64,000 bases of DNA from Prochlorococcus sp. AG-402-C22 (GTDB lineage: Bacteria; Cyanobacteriota; Cyanobacteriia; PCC-6307; Cyanobiaceae): positions 26,375-90,374 of the forward strand of contig QCHO01000001.1 in NCBI GenBank assembly GCA_003279535.1, in the 5' to 3' direction. A program made the position numbers and the translations under genes. Below, piece by piece: positions 29,838 through 39,717 of this stretch (positions are counted from its first letter, which is position 1; every line of letters starts with the position of its first letter). The notes beneath the pieces were generated by a model. It saw only the letters and a list, made by a program, of their open reading frames with translations. It was not told where the DNA came from and searched no databases.

Positions 29838-30617
29838 TTATTTTATAAAGTTATCAGTCCATTCATAACCTTTTTTTTCAAGTTCTAATGCGAGTTCACT
29901 CCTACCAGTTTTTATGATTTGTCCGTCTGCCATAACATGGACATAATTTGGTTCAATTTCATCTAGTAATCTTTGGTAGTGAGTAATTAATATAATTCCA
30001 GTTTGTGCATTGGATATTTTTTTAATTCCTGATGCGACTATTCTAAGAGCATCAATATCTAGACCAGAATCGGTCTCATCTAATATTGCTATCTTGGGCT
30101 CAAGTAAAGCCATTTGGAGAATTTCATTTCTTTTCTTTTCACCTCCAGAAAATCCTTGATTTACACTTCTTGTTAGGAATGCATGATCCATTTTCACAAG
30201 TTCTAACTTTTCTTTGACTAATTCTTCAAAATCAAAAGTATCTAATTCTTCTTTTTTAAGGAATTTTCTTCTAGCATTCGTTGAAACTCTAAGAAACTCA
30301 AGATTACTAACGCCTGGAATTTCTATTGGATATTGGAAACCAAGGAAAATTCCTGATTGAGCTCTTTCTTCAGGTTCTAGAGAGTTGATATTTTCACCTG
30401 AAAATTTTATATCGCCATTTGTAATATTATACGAGGGATGTCCTGCAATAATTTTCGAAAGAGTACTTTTGCCACATCCATTTCTTCCCATAATGGCATG
30501 TATTTCTCCAGGATAGACAGTGAGTGAAACCCCCTTCAAAATTGGAAGATTATCAGTAGATGCAAAGAGATTTTCAACTTCTAATATTGGATCTGATTCT
30601 TTCATTTTACTTTGCAT
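29838..30617 (-). CDS. sufC: Fe-S assembly ATPase SufC
   Basis: [38 protein letters not shown]. Confidence 0.97.
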   Translation of the reverse strand: MQSKMKESDPILEVENLFASTDNLPILKGVSLTVYPGEIHAIMGRNGCGKSTLSKIIAGHPSYNITNGDIKFSGENINSLEPEERAQSGIFLGFQYPIEIPGVSNLEFLRVSTNARRKFLKKEELDTFDFEELVKEKLELVKMDHAFLTRSVNQGFSGGEKKRNEILQMALLEPKIAILDETDSGLDIDALRIVASGIKKISNAQTGIILITHYQRLLDEIEPNYVHVMADGQIIKTGRSELALELEKKGYEWTDNFIK

Positions 30618-30638
30618 TTCAGTTCAGAAATTGATTAA

Positions 30639-32081
30639 TTAACCTACTGATCCCTCGAGTTTAAGTGCCAGTAACTTATCTGCTTCAGCAGCAAATTCCA
30701 TAGGTAATTGATTAAATACATCTCGGCAGAAACCACTGACCATCATAGAAATTGCCTCCTCAAATTCTATACCTCTGCTTTGGAGATAAAAAAGTTGGTC
30801 TTCGGAGATTCTACATGTACTTGCTTCATGCTCAATTTCAGAATTGGGTTGTTGAGATTTGATATAAGGGAATGTATTTGCAGAAGCTTGATCCCCTATT
30901 AACATTGAATCACACTGACTGTAATTTCTTGATCCTTTAGCTTTTGTTCCAATTTTGACAAGGCCTCGGTAACTATTTATTGAATTACCTGCACTTATAC
31001 CTTTGCTAACAATAGTTGATTTGGTTTTGGGACCAATATGGATCATTTTTGTGCCGGTATCAGCTTGCTGAAGATTATTAGTGAGTGCTACTGAATAAAA
31101 TTCCCCTACAGATTCTTCCCCTAAAAGGAGGCAGCTTGGATATTTCCATGTAATTGCAGACCCTGTTTCAACTTGAGACCAGCTGATTTTACTTCTCTTA
31201 CCTAGGCATTTTCCTCTCTTGGTGACAAAATTAAAAATTCCGCCAACTCCTTCTTCATCGCCTGCATACCAATTTTGTACCGTTGAATATTTAATTGAGG
31301 CGTCATCTAAGGCGATTAGTTCAACAACCGCAGCATGTAGAGTATTTGTATCGAACATTGGCGCTGTGCAACCTTCTAAATAACTTACAGAACTTGATTC
31401 TTCAGCAATGATTAAAGTCCTTTCGAATTGTCCAGAATCTCCACTATTGATTCTGAAGTAGGAAGATAGATCCATGGGACAAGTGACACCTTTTGGAATA
31501 TAAACAAACGAACCATCACTAAAAACAGCAGAATTTAGTGCTGCAAAATAATTATCACTAGCTGGAACTACCGAACCTAAATATTTTTCAATCAAATCGG
31601 AGTGATTTTTTACTGCTTCACTTATTGAGCAAAAAATGACTCCATGTTCAGCAAGTTCCTCCCTGAATGTTGTAGCAATAGAAACACTATCAAAGACAGC
31701 ATCTACAGCTACGTTTGTAAGTTTTTTTTGCTCAGTAAGAGGTATTCCTAATTTATCAAAAGTTTCAAGAAGTTTGGGATCAACTTCATCTAAACTAGAA
31801 ATTTTTTCTTTTTGTTTGGGAGCGGAATAATAAATTATATCTTGGTAATCAATTTGTTTATAGCCTATTTCTGCCCAATCAGGCTCCTTCATTTTTTGCC
31901 ATTTTTTAAAGGCCCTTAATCTGAAATCAAGGAGATACTTTGGTTCTTCTTTTTTAAGTGAAATTAGCCTAATAACGTCTTCATTCAAACCTTTCGCAAT
32001 TTTTTCAGTTTCAATATCAGTAACGAAACCATATTTATAGGGCTCTTTTACTACATCTTGAACTAAATTTTCGTTAACCAT
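30639..32081 (-). CDS. sufB: Fe-S assembly protein SufB
   Basis: [33 protein letters not shown]; ATG 32081. Confidence 0.97.
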   Translation of the reverse strand: MVNENLVQDVVKEPYKYGFVTDIETEKIAKGLNEDVIRLISLKKEEPKYLLDFRLRAFKKWQKMKEPDWAEIGYKQIDYQDIIYYSAPKQKEKISSLDEVDPKLLETFDKLGIPLTEQKKLTNVAVDAVFDSVSIATTFREELAEHGVIFCSISEAVKNHSDLIEKYLGSVVPASDNYFAALNSAVFSDGSFVYIPKGVTCPMDLSSYFRINSGDSGQFERTLIIAEESSSVSYLEGCTAPMFDTNTLHAAVVELIALDDASIKYSTVQNWYAGDEEGVGGIFNFVTKRGKCLGKRSKISWSQVETGSAITWKYPSCLLLGEESVGEFYSVALTNNLQQADTGTKMIHIGPKTKSTIVSKGISAGNSINSYRGLVKIGTKAKGSRNYSQCDSMLIGDQASANTFPYIKSQQPNSEIEHEASTCRISEDQLFYLQSRGIEFEEAISMMVSGFCRDVFNQLPMEFAAEADKLLALKLEGSVG

Positions 32082-32177
32082 GTTATCCAAAAATAACCTA
32101 TTACAATTAGCTCTATATACTCTAACGAAAGATACCCCAAATATTGACTTTTTTTCCTTTATTAAACCTAAAAATTA

Positions 32178-32531
32178 ATGTCTAATCAACTTGATCCTAT
32201 TTCAAACCCATTAAACATTCAAACCATTCAGGAAATTGATCACTTAGATCTTCCAATAATGCAAAAACATCATGTAAGAATTCTTGCTCATTGCCTCCAA
32301 ATTTTTAAGATCATAACCTCTGAAAAAAGTTCTGAATCGAATAATGAAAATCTTTTGAGACAATGGTGTGATAATCAATCCCAGAAGTTTGATGATAAAA
32401 AATTTAGCGATCTTTTTTATGTTCAATTGGAATCAACTGTAAAAAAGTTAACTACTTTTTCAAAAAGCATTAATAAAAATATTGAGGATTTAGAGATTGA
32501 TGATTTAGTGCTTCTAGTTAAACAAAGTTAA
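32178..32531 (+). CDS. Hypothetical protein divergent from sufB
   Basis: 117-aa ATG ORF with KHHVRILAHCL motif. Confidence 0.7.
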   Translation: MSNQLDPISNPLNIQTIQEIDHLDLPIMQKHHVRILAHCLQIFKIITSEKSSESNNENLLRQWCDNQSQKFDDKKFSDLFYVQLESTVKKLTTFSKSINKNIEDLEIDDLVLLVKQS

Positions 32532-32664
32532 AAATAGTCCAAAATTGATCCCGAAGAAAAAATATATTTTTGTTGAGTCCTTAACAAATTTAGGTAATAA
32601 AATTTAAAAAAGAAAAAATTAATTTACATTTAAATATTCTCTTAAAATTAAATAATTCTAATTA

Positions 32665-32692
32665 TTGCAACTACTTTGAGGAGAAATATGAT
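32665..32692 (+). promoter_or_regulatory. Putative sigma70 promoter of the DUF4912 gene
   Basis: TTGCAA-N16-TATGAT, about 108 nt upstream of GTG 32801. Confidence 0.4.
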
Positions 32693-32800
32693 GTTGGTAA
32701 ATTTTCAAGTAGTCAGAGGATCCTGACGACAAGGCTAAAAGACACACAATTACCAAAAAAAAAGAACATACTGATCCCAAACAAAAACGGAGATTTTAAA

Positions 32801-33901
32801 GTGGCTGATGGGATCATGAATAAAGATCAATTACTCTCACTAACCCTCAGACAATTACGTCAAGAAGCAAGTAAATTATCAGTTCCTCTGTATAGTCGTA
32901 AAACAAAAGCTGTTTTAGTTGACCTAATAATTAAATATCAAGAGAAATCCCCTAAGAAATATATAAAATCTCCCTCCCAGCCAATCTCTGATAATACTTT
33001 TGAGTCCAATACCTTTAATAAAAGTGAAGAAGTCAAAACAAATGTAGTTTTCCTCCCACGAGATCCTGATTGGGCGTACGTTTTTTGGCAAATTTCTGAT
33101 TTTGATAGAGAAAAAGCACAATCTTTGGGAGCAAATAAATTATGTTTAAGATTATTTGATGCGTCTGGTTCTGACGGGAGCAATTTAAATCAAGGAACAG
33201 TTAGGGAGATTGCAGTCGATAGTTATAGTACTGAGTGGTATTTACCGATCCCACTTGCAGATAGAGACTATAAGGTTGAATTGGGTTACAAATACGGTTT
33301 TAACTGGATGTCATTGGCATTTTCTTCAATAAGTCACGTTCCTGGTTCCCATCCATCTGATCAAATTCTTGATAAATTCGTACCTTTTAATTTGGATTCA
33401 ACTTCTGAGACAATTCCTGATATTTCAAATCCTGAGGCTTCAGAACTAAATGGTATGCATGAAAGGTTATACCAAGCAGCAACGAATATCCCTCTAAGAA
33501 GAAAAGTAGGCTCAGAAGAATTTATGGAAAATTTAAATTCAACAAATTTAAATAATAATCTTACAGATTCAGGCGCAGGTAAATGGTCTTCAGGTTTAAA
33601 TGAGTCAGGGAGTGGAATCGTTAAAAATAGATCTTTTTGGCTTGTTGCAGATGCTGAATTAATTGTTTACGGTGCTACTGAACCTGATGCAAAATTAACT
33701 ATTGGTGGTGAAAGTGTCCCCCTTGCTGCTGATGGAACTTTTAGAATTCAGGTCCCATTTAGAGACGGGACTCAAAAATATGACATTAAAGCTGTAGATG
33801 CATCTGGTGAGCAGGAAAAAAGTATATCAATGAAATTTGATAGAACTACTCCACTTGACGATACCAATGAAAAAGATAATGCTGAGACAGAATGGTTTTA
33901 A
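32801..33901 (+). CDS. DUF4912 protein with N-terminal Rho_N-like domain
   Basis: LTLRQLRQEASKL...YSRKTKAVLV; LPRDPDWAYVFW; FWLVADAELIVYGATEP. Confidence 0.85.
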   Translation: MADGIMNKDQLLSLTLRQLRQEASKLSVPLYSRKTKAVLVDLIIKYQEKSPKKYIKSPSQPISDNTFESNTFNKSEEVKTNVVFLPRDPDWAYVFWQISDFDREKAQSLGANKLCLRLFDASGSDGSNLNQGTVREIAVDSYSTEWYLPIPLADRDYKVELGYKYGFNWMSLAFSSISHVPGSHPSDQILDKFVPFNLDSTSETIPDISNPEASELNGMHERLYQAATNIPLRRKVGSEEFMENLNSTNLNNNLTDSGAGKWSSGLNESGSGIVKNRSFWLVADAELIVYGATEPDAKLTIGGESVPLAADGTFRIQVPFRDGTQKYDIKAVDASGEQEKSISMKFDRTTPLDDTNEKDNAETEWF

Positions 33902-33913
33902 TTAATTAAATTA

Positions 33914-34084
33914 ATGCTAAAAAAAATAGTTGCTTTTACTCCTTTATTCGGAGCATTAACTTTCCCACTTTTAGTCCCAATTACAATTTCAAAATTTGGA
34001 GTTACCTCTGGAGTAATTACTGCTTTGTTGATTTCTTCATTATGGTTTATCGCTATGTTAAGAACATCCGAAATGCCTCATTAA
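33914..34084 (+). CDS. Small two-TM membrane protein (56 aa)
   Basis: Manual translation MLKKIVAFTPLFGALTFPLLVPITISKFGVTSGVITALLISSLWFIAMLRTSEMPH*; fills the gap between DUF4912 and pgm. Confidence 0.75.
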   Translation: MLKKIVAFTPLFGALTFPLLVPITISKFGVTSGVITALLISSLWFIAMLRTSEMPH

Positions 34085-34116
34085 TTTAGTTAGATTTTTT
34101 AAAGTTTCTTAAAAGT

Positions 34117-35754
34117 ATGCCTGAAGTAAAAGTAATTAATATTAATTCTCCTTTTTTAGATCAAAAACCAGGAACTTCTGGCTTAAGAAAAAGTACTTTA
34201 AAGTTTCAGGAAGAGCATTATCTAGAAATTTTCATAGAAGCAATTCTACTATCTTTGGATGATTTAACAGATTCAACTTTAGTAGTTGGAGGTGATGGCA
34301 GATATGGAAATATTGAAGCGATAGAAAAAATCGTGCAAATATGTATTGCTCATAAAGTGCAAAAGGTAATTGTTCCAAAATGTGGTTTATTGTCTACACC
34401 TGCTACATCACACTTAATTAGAAAAGAAAATGCTATTGGTGGTGTTATTCTTTCTGCGAGTCATAATCCTGGAGGGATTGATGGAGACTTTGGCGTGAAA
34501 TTGAATATTTCAAATGGTGGTCCAGCTCCTGAGATCATTACTAATAAAATATTTAAAGCCTCACAATTACTGACTACTTATAAAATTTGTAAAATTCAAT
34601 TACCTGATTTTAATGAATATGGAACTTATTCTTATGGGGAAACTACTTTAGAAATTATTGATGGATTAAAAGATTATTCTAATTTGATGGAGAAAATTTT
34701 TGATTTTGATCAAATTAGTGATTTTTTAAAAAAAGACTTCTCATTAATCTTTGATGCGATGAATGCGGTTACTGGCCCATATGCAAAAAATATTTTTGTT
34801 GAAAAAATGGGTCTCGCAAATGATTGTGTTATGAATGGTAACCCGTTAAAAGATTTTGGCGGTTTACATCCTGACCCCAATCTTACTTATGCTTCTCATC
34901 TAGCTGATTTATTATTGAATAAAAAATCTTATAGTTTTGGTGCTGCTTGCGATGGAGATGGAGATAGGAATATGATTCTTGGAAGAGGATGTTTTGTAAA
35001 TCCTAGTGATAGCCTTGCAGTTATTACTGCTAATACTAAATGTGTTCCAGGTTATAAAGATGGTATTACAGGTGTAGCTCGATCTATGCCTACCAGTTCA
35101 GCGGTTGATAACGTTGCGCGCGTATTAAATATACCTTGTTTCGAAACACCTACTGGGTGGAAATTTTTTGGAAATCTTTTAGATTCTAATTTAATCACTT
35201 TGTGTGGTGAGGAAAGTTTTGGAACAGGTAGTAACCATGTAAGGGAGAAAGATGGATTATGGGCAGTTCTGTATTGGTTACAAGTTTTAGCTGAAAAAAA
35301 TTGTTCGGTAAGTGATTTGATGAAGAATCATTGGAAAAAATTTGGTAGAAATTATTATTCAAGACATGATTATGAAGCAATTCCTTCAAATATTGCTAAT
35401 CAAATCTTTGGTAATTTAACTTCTATGCTCGAAAACTTAAAAGGAAATAATTTTGCTGGCCATTTAGTTCAAGTTGCAGATAACTTTTCATATTTAGATC
35501 CTGTTGATGATTCCATAAGTGAAAATCAAGGTTTAAGGCTGGTTCTTGATGATAATTCACGAGTAATTGTGCGTCTTTCTGGAACTGGAACTAAAGGTGC
35601 AACATTAAGACTCTATTTTGAGAAATTTTTTAATTCTAATCAGAATCTTTCGTTAAATCCTCAAGTCGCTTTGAAACCCTTAATAGATGATTTAGATAAT
35701 TTGTTAAACATCTCAAAACTTACTCAAATGGAAACTCCTACCGTAATTACATAG
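34117..35754 (+). CDS. pgm: Phosphoglucomutase
   Basis: DQKPGTSGLR, SASHNPGG, DGDGDR, GEESFG. Confidence 0.97.
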   Translation: MPEVKVININSPFLDQKPGTSGLRKSTLKFQEEHYLEIFIEAILLSLDDLTDSTLVVGGDGRYGNIEAIEKIVQICIAHKVQKVIVPKCGLLSTPATSHLIRKENAIGGVILSASHNPGGIDGDFGVKLNISNGGPAPEIITNKIFKASQLLTTYKICKIQLPDFNEYGTYSYGETTLEIIDGLKDYSNLMEKIFDFDQISDFLKKDFSLIFDAMNAVTGPYAKNIFVEKMGLANDCVMNGNPLKDFGGLHPDPNLTYASHLADLLLNKKSYSFGAACDGDGDRNMILGRGCFVNPSDSLAVITANTKCVPGYKDGITGVARSMPTSSAVDNVARVLNIPCFETPTGWKFFGNLLDSNLITLCGEESFGTGSNHVREKDGLWAVLYWLQVLAEKNCSVSDLMKNHWKKFGRNYYSRHDYEAIPSNIANQIFGNLTSMLENLKGNNFAGHLVQVADNFSYLDPVDDSISENQGLRLVLDDNSRVIVRLSGTGTKGATLRLYFEKFFNSNQNLSLNPQVALKPLIDDLDNLLNISKLTQMETPTVIT

Positions 35755-35787
35755 ACTTTAAAGTAATCATTTTTTGATCTAATTTAT

Positions 35788-37077
35788 ATGCACTCAGAAA
35801 ATTTATTCACCAACTATTCTCAGATAAAAAGTAATGCTCCTTTGGCAGATAAGTTGAGACCAAAGAATTTAGATGATTTTTTTGGTCAACAATCAATCTT
35901 AAATGAGAATTCGCTTTTAAGAAGCGCCATAATAAACGACAAGATTAGTAATTTTATTTTTTCTGGTCCTCCAGGAGTGGGAAAAACTACCTTAATTGAA
36001 ATTATTTCCTCTAATACTCGTTCAAAATTAATTAAATTGAACGCTGTATTATCAAGTATCAAAGAATTAAGAAATGAAATCGCTAATGCAAAAGAAAGAT
36101 TAATAAACTCTAAAAGAAAAACAATTTTATTTATTGATGAAGTTCATAGATTTACATCAGTGCAGCAAGATGCTTTATTACCTTCAATAGAGAATGGAAC
36201 TATAACTTTTATAGGTGCTACAACAGAAAACCCGTTCTTTGCAGTTAATAAAGCGCTTGTGAGTAGGTCTCGCATTTTTACATTGATTCCTTTGAGTGAA
36301 AATGATTTGAAGAAAATTATACAAAAAGTTATAAGTTACTATTCAAAACTTAAAGATTCTAAAAAGGTTTATTTAACTCAAGATGCAATTAATCATTTAA
36401 TTAATTTTTCTGGTGGTGATGCAAGAACACTGATTAATGCACTAGAGATGGCTATAGGAACAACTGATGAAAATGATGCTAAAGAAGTTAATATTAATCT
36501 CTCAATTGCAGAGGATGCAATTCAAAAGAAAAATATTGTTTACGATAAAAATGGTCAAAATCATTACGATATAATCAGTTCATTTATTAAGTCCATTAGA
36601 GGTTCTGATCCAGATGCTGCTTTATTTTGGCTTGCAAATATGCTGGAAGCTGGCGAAGATCCTAATTTTATTTTTAGACGACTTCTCATATCTGCTAGTG
36701 AGGATATAGGGATTGCTGATCCTAATGCCATAGTAGTTGTGCAATCGTGTTGTAATGCTTTTGATAGAGTTGGTTTTCCAGAGGGATTATATTTTTTAAC
36801 TCAAGCTTCCTTGTATTTAGCTATTTCTCCAAAAAGTAATAGTACGAAAAGTATTTTTAAAGCAATTGAAACAATAAAATCTATCAATGCTTTTGAAGTT
36901 CCAAGTCATTTAAAAAATAATTCTAATAGTTATGTTAATCCCCATAATTATCCAGGCAATTGGATCGCACAAGAATATCTTCCCAAATCTGTAAGAGGTT
37001 TAAAAATATGGGAACCAAATAATAATGGATGGGAGAAAATTAAATATGAAGAATTGCGGCGAAGAAAAGAAAACTAA
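35788..37077 (+). CDS. rarA: Replication-associated recombination AAA+ ATPase RarA/MgsA
   Basis: PLADKLRP, GPPGVGKTT, IDEVHRF, GATTENP, KSIRGSDPDAA. Confidence 0.93.
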   Translation: MHSENLFTNYSQIKSNAPLADKLRPKNLDDFFGQQSILNENSLLRSAIINDKISNFIFSGPPGVGKTTLIEIISSNTRSKLIKLNAVLSSIKELRNEIANAKERLINSKRKTILFIDEVHRFTSVQQDALLPSIENGTITFIGATTENPFFAVNKALVSRSRIFTLIPLSENDLKKIIQKVISYYSKLKDSKKVYLTQDAINHLINFSGGDARTLINALEMAIGTTDENDAKEVNINLSIAEDAIQKKNIVYDKNGQNHYDIISSFIKSIRGSDPDAALFWLANMLEAGEDPNFIFRRLLISASEDIGIADPNAIVVVQSCCNAFDRVGFPEGLYFLTQASLYLAISPKSNSTKSIFKAIETIKSINAFEVPSHLKNNSNSYVNPHNYPGNWIAQEYLPKSVRGLKIWEPNNNGWEKIKYEELRRRKEN

Positions 37078-37730
37078 AAATTTTTTGAATAACAAATAAT
37101 TTCAGGATTAATAGAAGTTTTTTCTTCGTAAGCTAAAGCTATAGTCCAATTATGGAAATTAATTTGAGAATAATTTAAATGTAAGTTTTTCTTTGCATGG
37201 ATTAACTCTTTTGGCTTTTCAAAATATTGCCAATGGTTTATGTCCTTAGATAATTTTCCATGATCCCATTTTATCGCTGCTTCAACAGCACACCATTGAT
37301 TTAATATCGTGTTTTTAGTCAATTTATTATTATGAGTTGATTTATTGGTACGAAAAAAATATTTTTTCGCAAATTTTATATAGTTGAAATCTCTATCCGT
37401 TCGTTCAATATCGATGCCTATTTTGCTTTCATGCCAAACTATAGTTAAGGCATCTTTGCAATGACTTAAACTTATATTGCCCATGTTAGGAGGCAATCTT
37501 GGCGGTTCACCAGGATTAGCACTGATAGGAATTTCTAGGGGATCTAAGTCAAAAAGTGTTGACAGAGATTGTCTCAAATAGCCTCTAGTTTCTAAAAAAA
37601 CTTTTGATCTTAAATCTGAAAGTTTTTCTGCAGTTTTAATTTCCTCTACCGTTACGACATCTTGTACACCTTTAATCTCATAAAACCAAATTTTTGGTAT
37701 TTTATATTCATACTCATTTAATAATTTCAA
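37074..37730 (-). CDS. Sfp/HetI-type 4'-phosphopantetheinyl transferase
   Basis: GEPP, ISLSH, IGIDIE, WCAVEAAIK. Confidence 0.88.
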   Translation of the reverse strand: MKLLNEYEYKIPKIWFYEIKGVQDVVTVEEIKTAEKLSDLRSKVFLETRGYLRQSLSTLFDLDPLEIPISANPGEPPRLPPNMGNISLSHCKDALTIVWHESKIGIDIERTDRDFNYIKFAKKYFFRTNKSTHNNKLTKNTILNQWCAVEAAIKWDHGKLSKDINHWQYFEKPKELIHAKKNLHLNYSQINFHNWTIALAYEEKTSINPEIICYSKNF

Positions 37731-38197
37731 TGGCTCTTAAGGTAGGTGACAAAGCACCAGAATTTAAATTAAAAGATTCTTTTGAGAAGGAAGTGTCTCT
37801 TAAAGATTTTAAAGGTAAAAAAATAATACTATATTTTTATCCAAAAGATAATACTCCAGGATGTACTAAGGAAGCCTGCAATTTTAAAGAAAATTGGGAT
37901 TTGCTACAAAAAAATAATATTGTTGTACTTGGTATAAGTAAAGATAATGCCTCTTCTCATCAGAAGTTTATAGAAAAATTTAATTTACCTTTTATTCTTT
38001 TAACTGATCCTGAACCTTTTAAAGTTTCTTCTGATTACGATAGCTATGGACTTAAGAAATTCATGGGAAAAGAATATATGGGAATGATGAGAAATACGTT
38101 TTTGATTGATACTGATGGTAATATCGAAAAAATTTACTTAAAGGTAAAGGCAGCAATAATGGCAGATCATATTATTGCTGATCTTGGATTAAAGTAG
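37730..38197 (+). CDS. bcp: Peroxiredoxin BCP/PrxQ
   Basis: YFYPKDNTPGCTKEAC; ATG 37730 (MALKVGDKAPEF). Confidence 0.95.
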   Translation: MALKVGDKAPEFKLKDSFEKEVSLKDFKGKKIILYFYPKDNTPGCTKEACNFKENWDLLQKNNIVVLGISKDNASSHQKFIEKFNLPFILLTDPEPFKVSSDYDSYGLKKFMGKEYMGMMRNTFLIDTDGNIEKIYLKVKAAIMADHIIADLGLK

Positions 38198-38884
38198 ATT
38201 TTTTATGGATAGGTGGTGAATGATCATTCCTTCCATAACTAAATTAGGAGCATTGATAATATTTTCTTTTTGAGTTTTTAGAGATTTTGTAAGGAATGCA
38301 GAGTCTCCTCCACAGATTACTAAAATATCCTTTGAGGGATTAAATAGACTATTAATAACTCCAGTAAGAGAGTTGATTACTCCTTTTAAAATTGCCTCTT
38401 CTGTATTAATTAAAAAATCTTTGATAGGAATATCATATTTTTTGGGAATTTTGAGATTTTTTGTATTTTGTTCCATTGATTTTAATTGTGTTAGAAAACC
38501 TGGAATAAGTTGACCACCAAGAATAGAACCATTTGAATTTAATTTTGTTATTGATAATATTGTTCCAAAATCTGCAATTAGCAAGTCTTTATTAAAAGGG
38601 TTTTCAATAATTTTTAAAGCTGCAATACAAGCAAGAGCTCTATCAACTCCAAAATTATCAGGGAGATTTGATAATAGAATATCTTTAGTTTTTATTTCAT
38701 TTTCTTCTTTCAGCAAAAAATTAGGTAATTTTCCTACAGAAGACCAAATTAACTTATCAAGATCTATATTGTCGGGAACTTTTTGATCTTTTTGGGTATG
38801 GAAGAATTTAGATTGATTTTGAGAATATTTAGCCCAATGAAGCCTACTATTGCCTACTAATAAAAAATCTATATCTGAGACCAT
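38189..38884 (-). CDS. coaX: Type III pantothenate kinase
   Basis: VGNSRLHW, FGVDR, ADFGT, GGQLIPG, CGGD. Confidence 0.9.
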   Translation of the reverse strand: MVSDIDFLLVGNSRLHWAKYSQNQSKFFHTQKDQKVPDNIDLDKLIWSSVGKLPNFLLKEENEIKTKDILLSNLPDNFGVDRALACIAALKIIENPFNKDLLIADFGTILSITKLNSNGSILGGQLIPGFLTQLKSMEQNTKNLKIPKKYDIPIKDFLINTEEAILKGVINSLTGVINSLFNPSKDILVICGGDSAFLTKSLKTQKENIINAPNLVMEGMIIHHLSIKNLL

Positions 38885-38899
38885 TGTTTTATGATCAAT

Positions 38900-39622
38900 T
38901 TAATTATTAGTGTGTATTCCACATTCTTGTTTAATACCCCCGAATCTTGTATCTCGGCCTTGTGTTTCGATGCCATCGGGACTGCTTGAATGCCAATCAC
39001 CTACAGTCGAATAACCTTTGAGAAAAAGCGGATGGGCAGGTAAATTATTCTCTTCCATATAATAAAAAATATCTTTATTTGTCCAATTTAGTAAAGGTCT
39101 TAAAGAAAATCTTTTACGAATTATGTCTAGGAATTTCATTTTGTTTCTATTTTCTGTTTGACTTGATCTAACACCGCTTGCCCAGCAGTAAATATTATAT
39201 TTTTCTAGACCATTTTCTAAAGGTTGTATCTTTCTTAATTCATGATACTTATCCAAATCACTCTCTTTATTTGTTTCCCAAAGTTTTCCGTATTTAGCCT
39301 CCATTCTTGCTGGAGATAATTCACTTTGTAGAACCTCTACTTCTAAAGATAAATCATCAATAAGGTTTTCAGCGTAATGATATGTTTCTGGAGGTAGGTA
39401 ACCTGTATCAATCCAAAATATTTTGATTTTTTTTTGAAGACATAATTTACTGACCATATCTAAAAGGACGGATGACTGTATTCCAAAACTTGTTGTAATA
39501 GCAAATTGATTATCAAACTTTTCATAACCCCAAGTAAGCATTTCTTGAGGCTTCATATCGACTAGCTCTTGATTATATTTCCTTAAGTTAGGTTGAATAT
39601 CTTTGTGTATGTTTTCAATCAT
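38900..39622 (-). CDS. cysH: PAPS/APS reductase
   Basis: TTSFG, IDTGY, GYSTVGD, terminal ECGIH. Confidence 0.95.
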   Translation of the reverse strand: MIENIHKDIQPNLRKYNQELVDMKPQEMLTWGYEKFDNQFAITTSFGIQSSVLLDMVSKLCLQKKIKIFWIDTGYLPPETYHYAENLIDDLSLEVEVLQSELSPARMEAKYGKLWETNKESDLDKYHELRKIQPLENGLEKYNIYCWASGVRSSQTENRNKMKFLDIIRKRFSLRPLLNWTNKDIFYYMEENNLPAHPLFLKGYSTVGDWHSSSPDGIETQGRDTRFGGIKQECGIHTNN

Positions 39623-39717
39623 TCTTCAAGTTGGTTATGAGTTTAATGTTATTTCGCTCAATTTGAAAATTCTTCGTATAGTTTAATAATACATTTACGC
39701 ATAACAATATTTCGCTA

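Noticed and set aside
32678-32726. GAGGAG followed by a 12-codon uORF (MMLVNFQVVRGS)
   Set aside because: The ATGs coincide with the probable -10 box (TATGAT), so the SD and start would lie upstream of the transcript; no other support.
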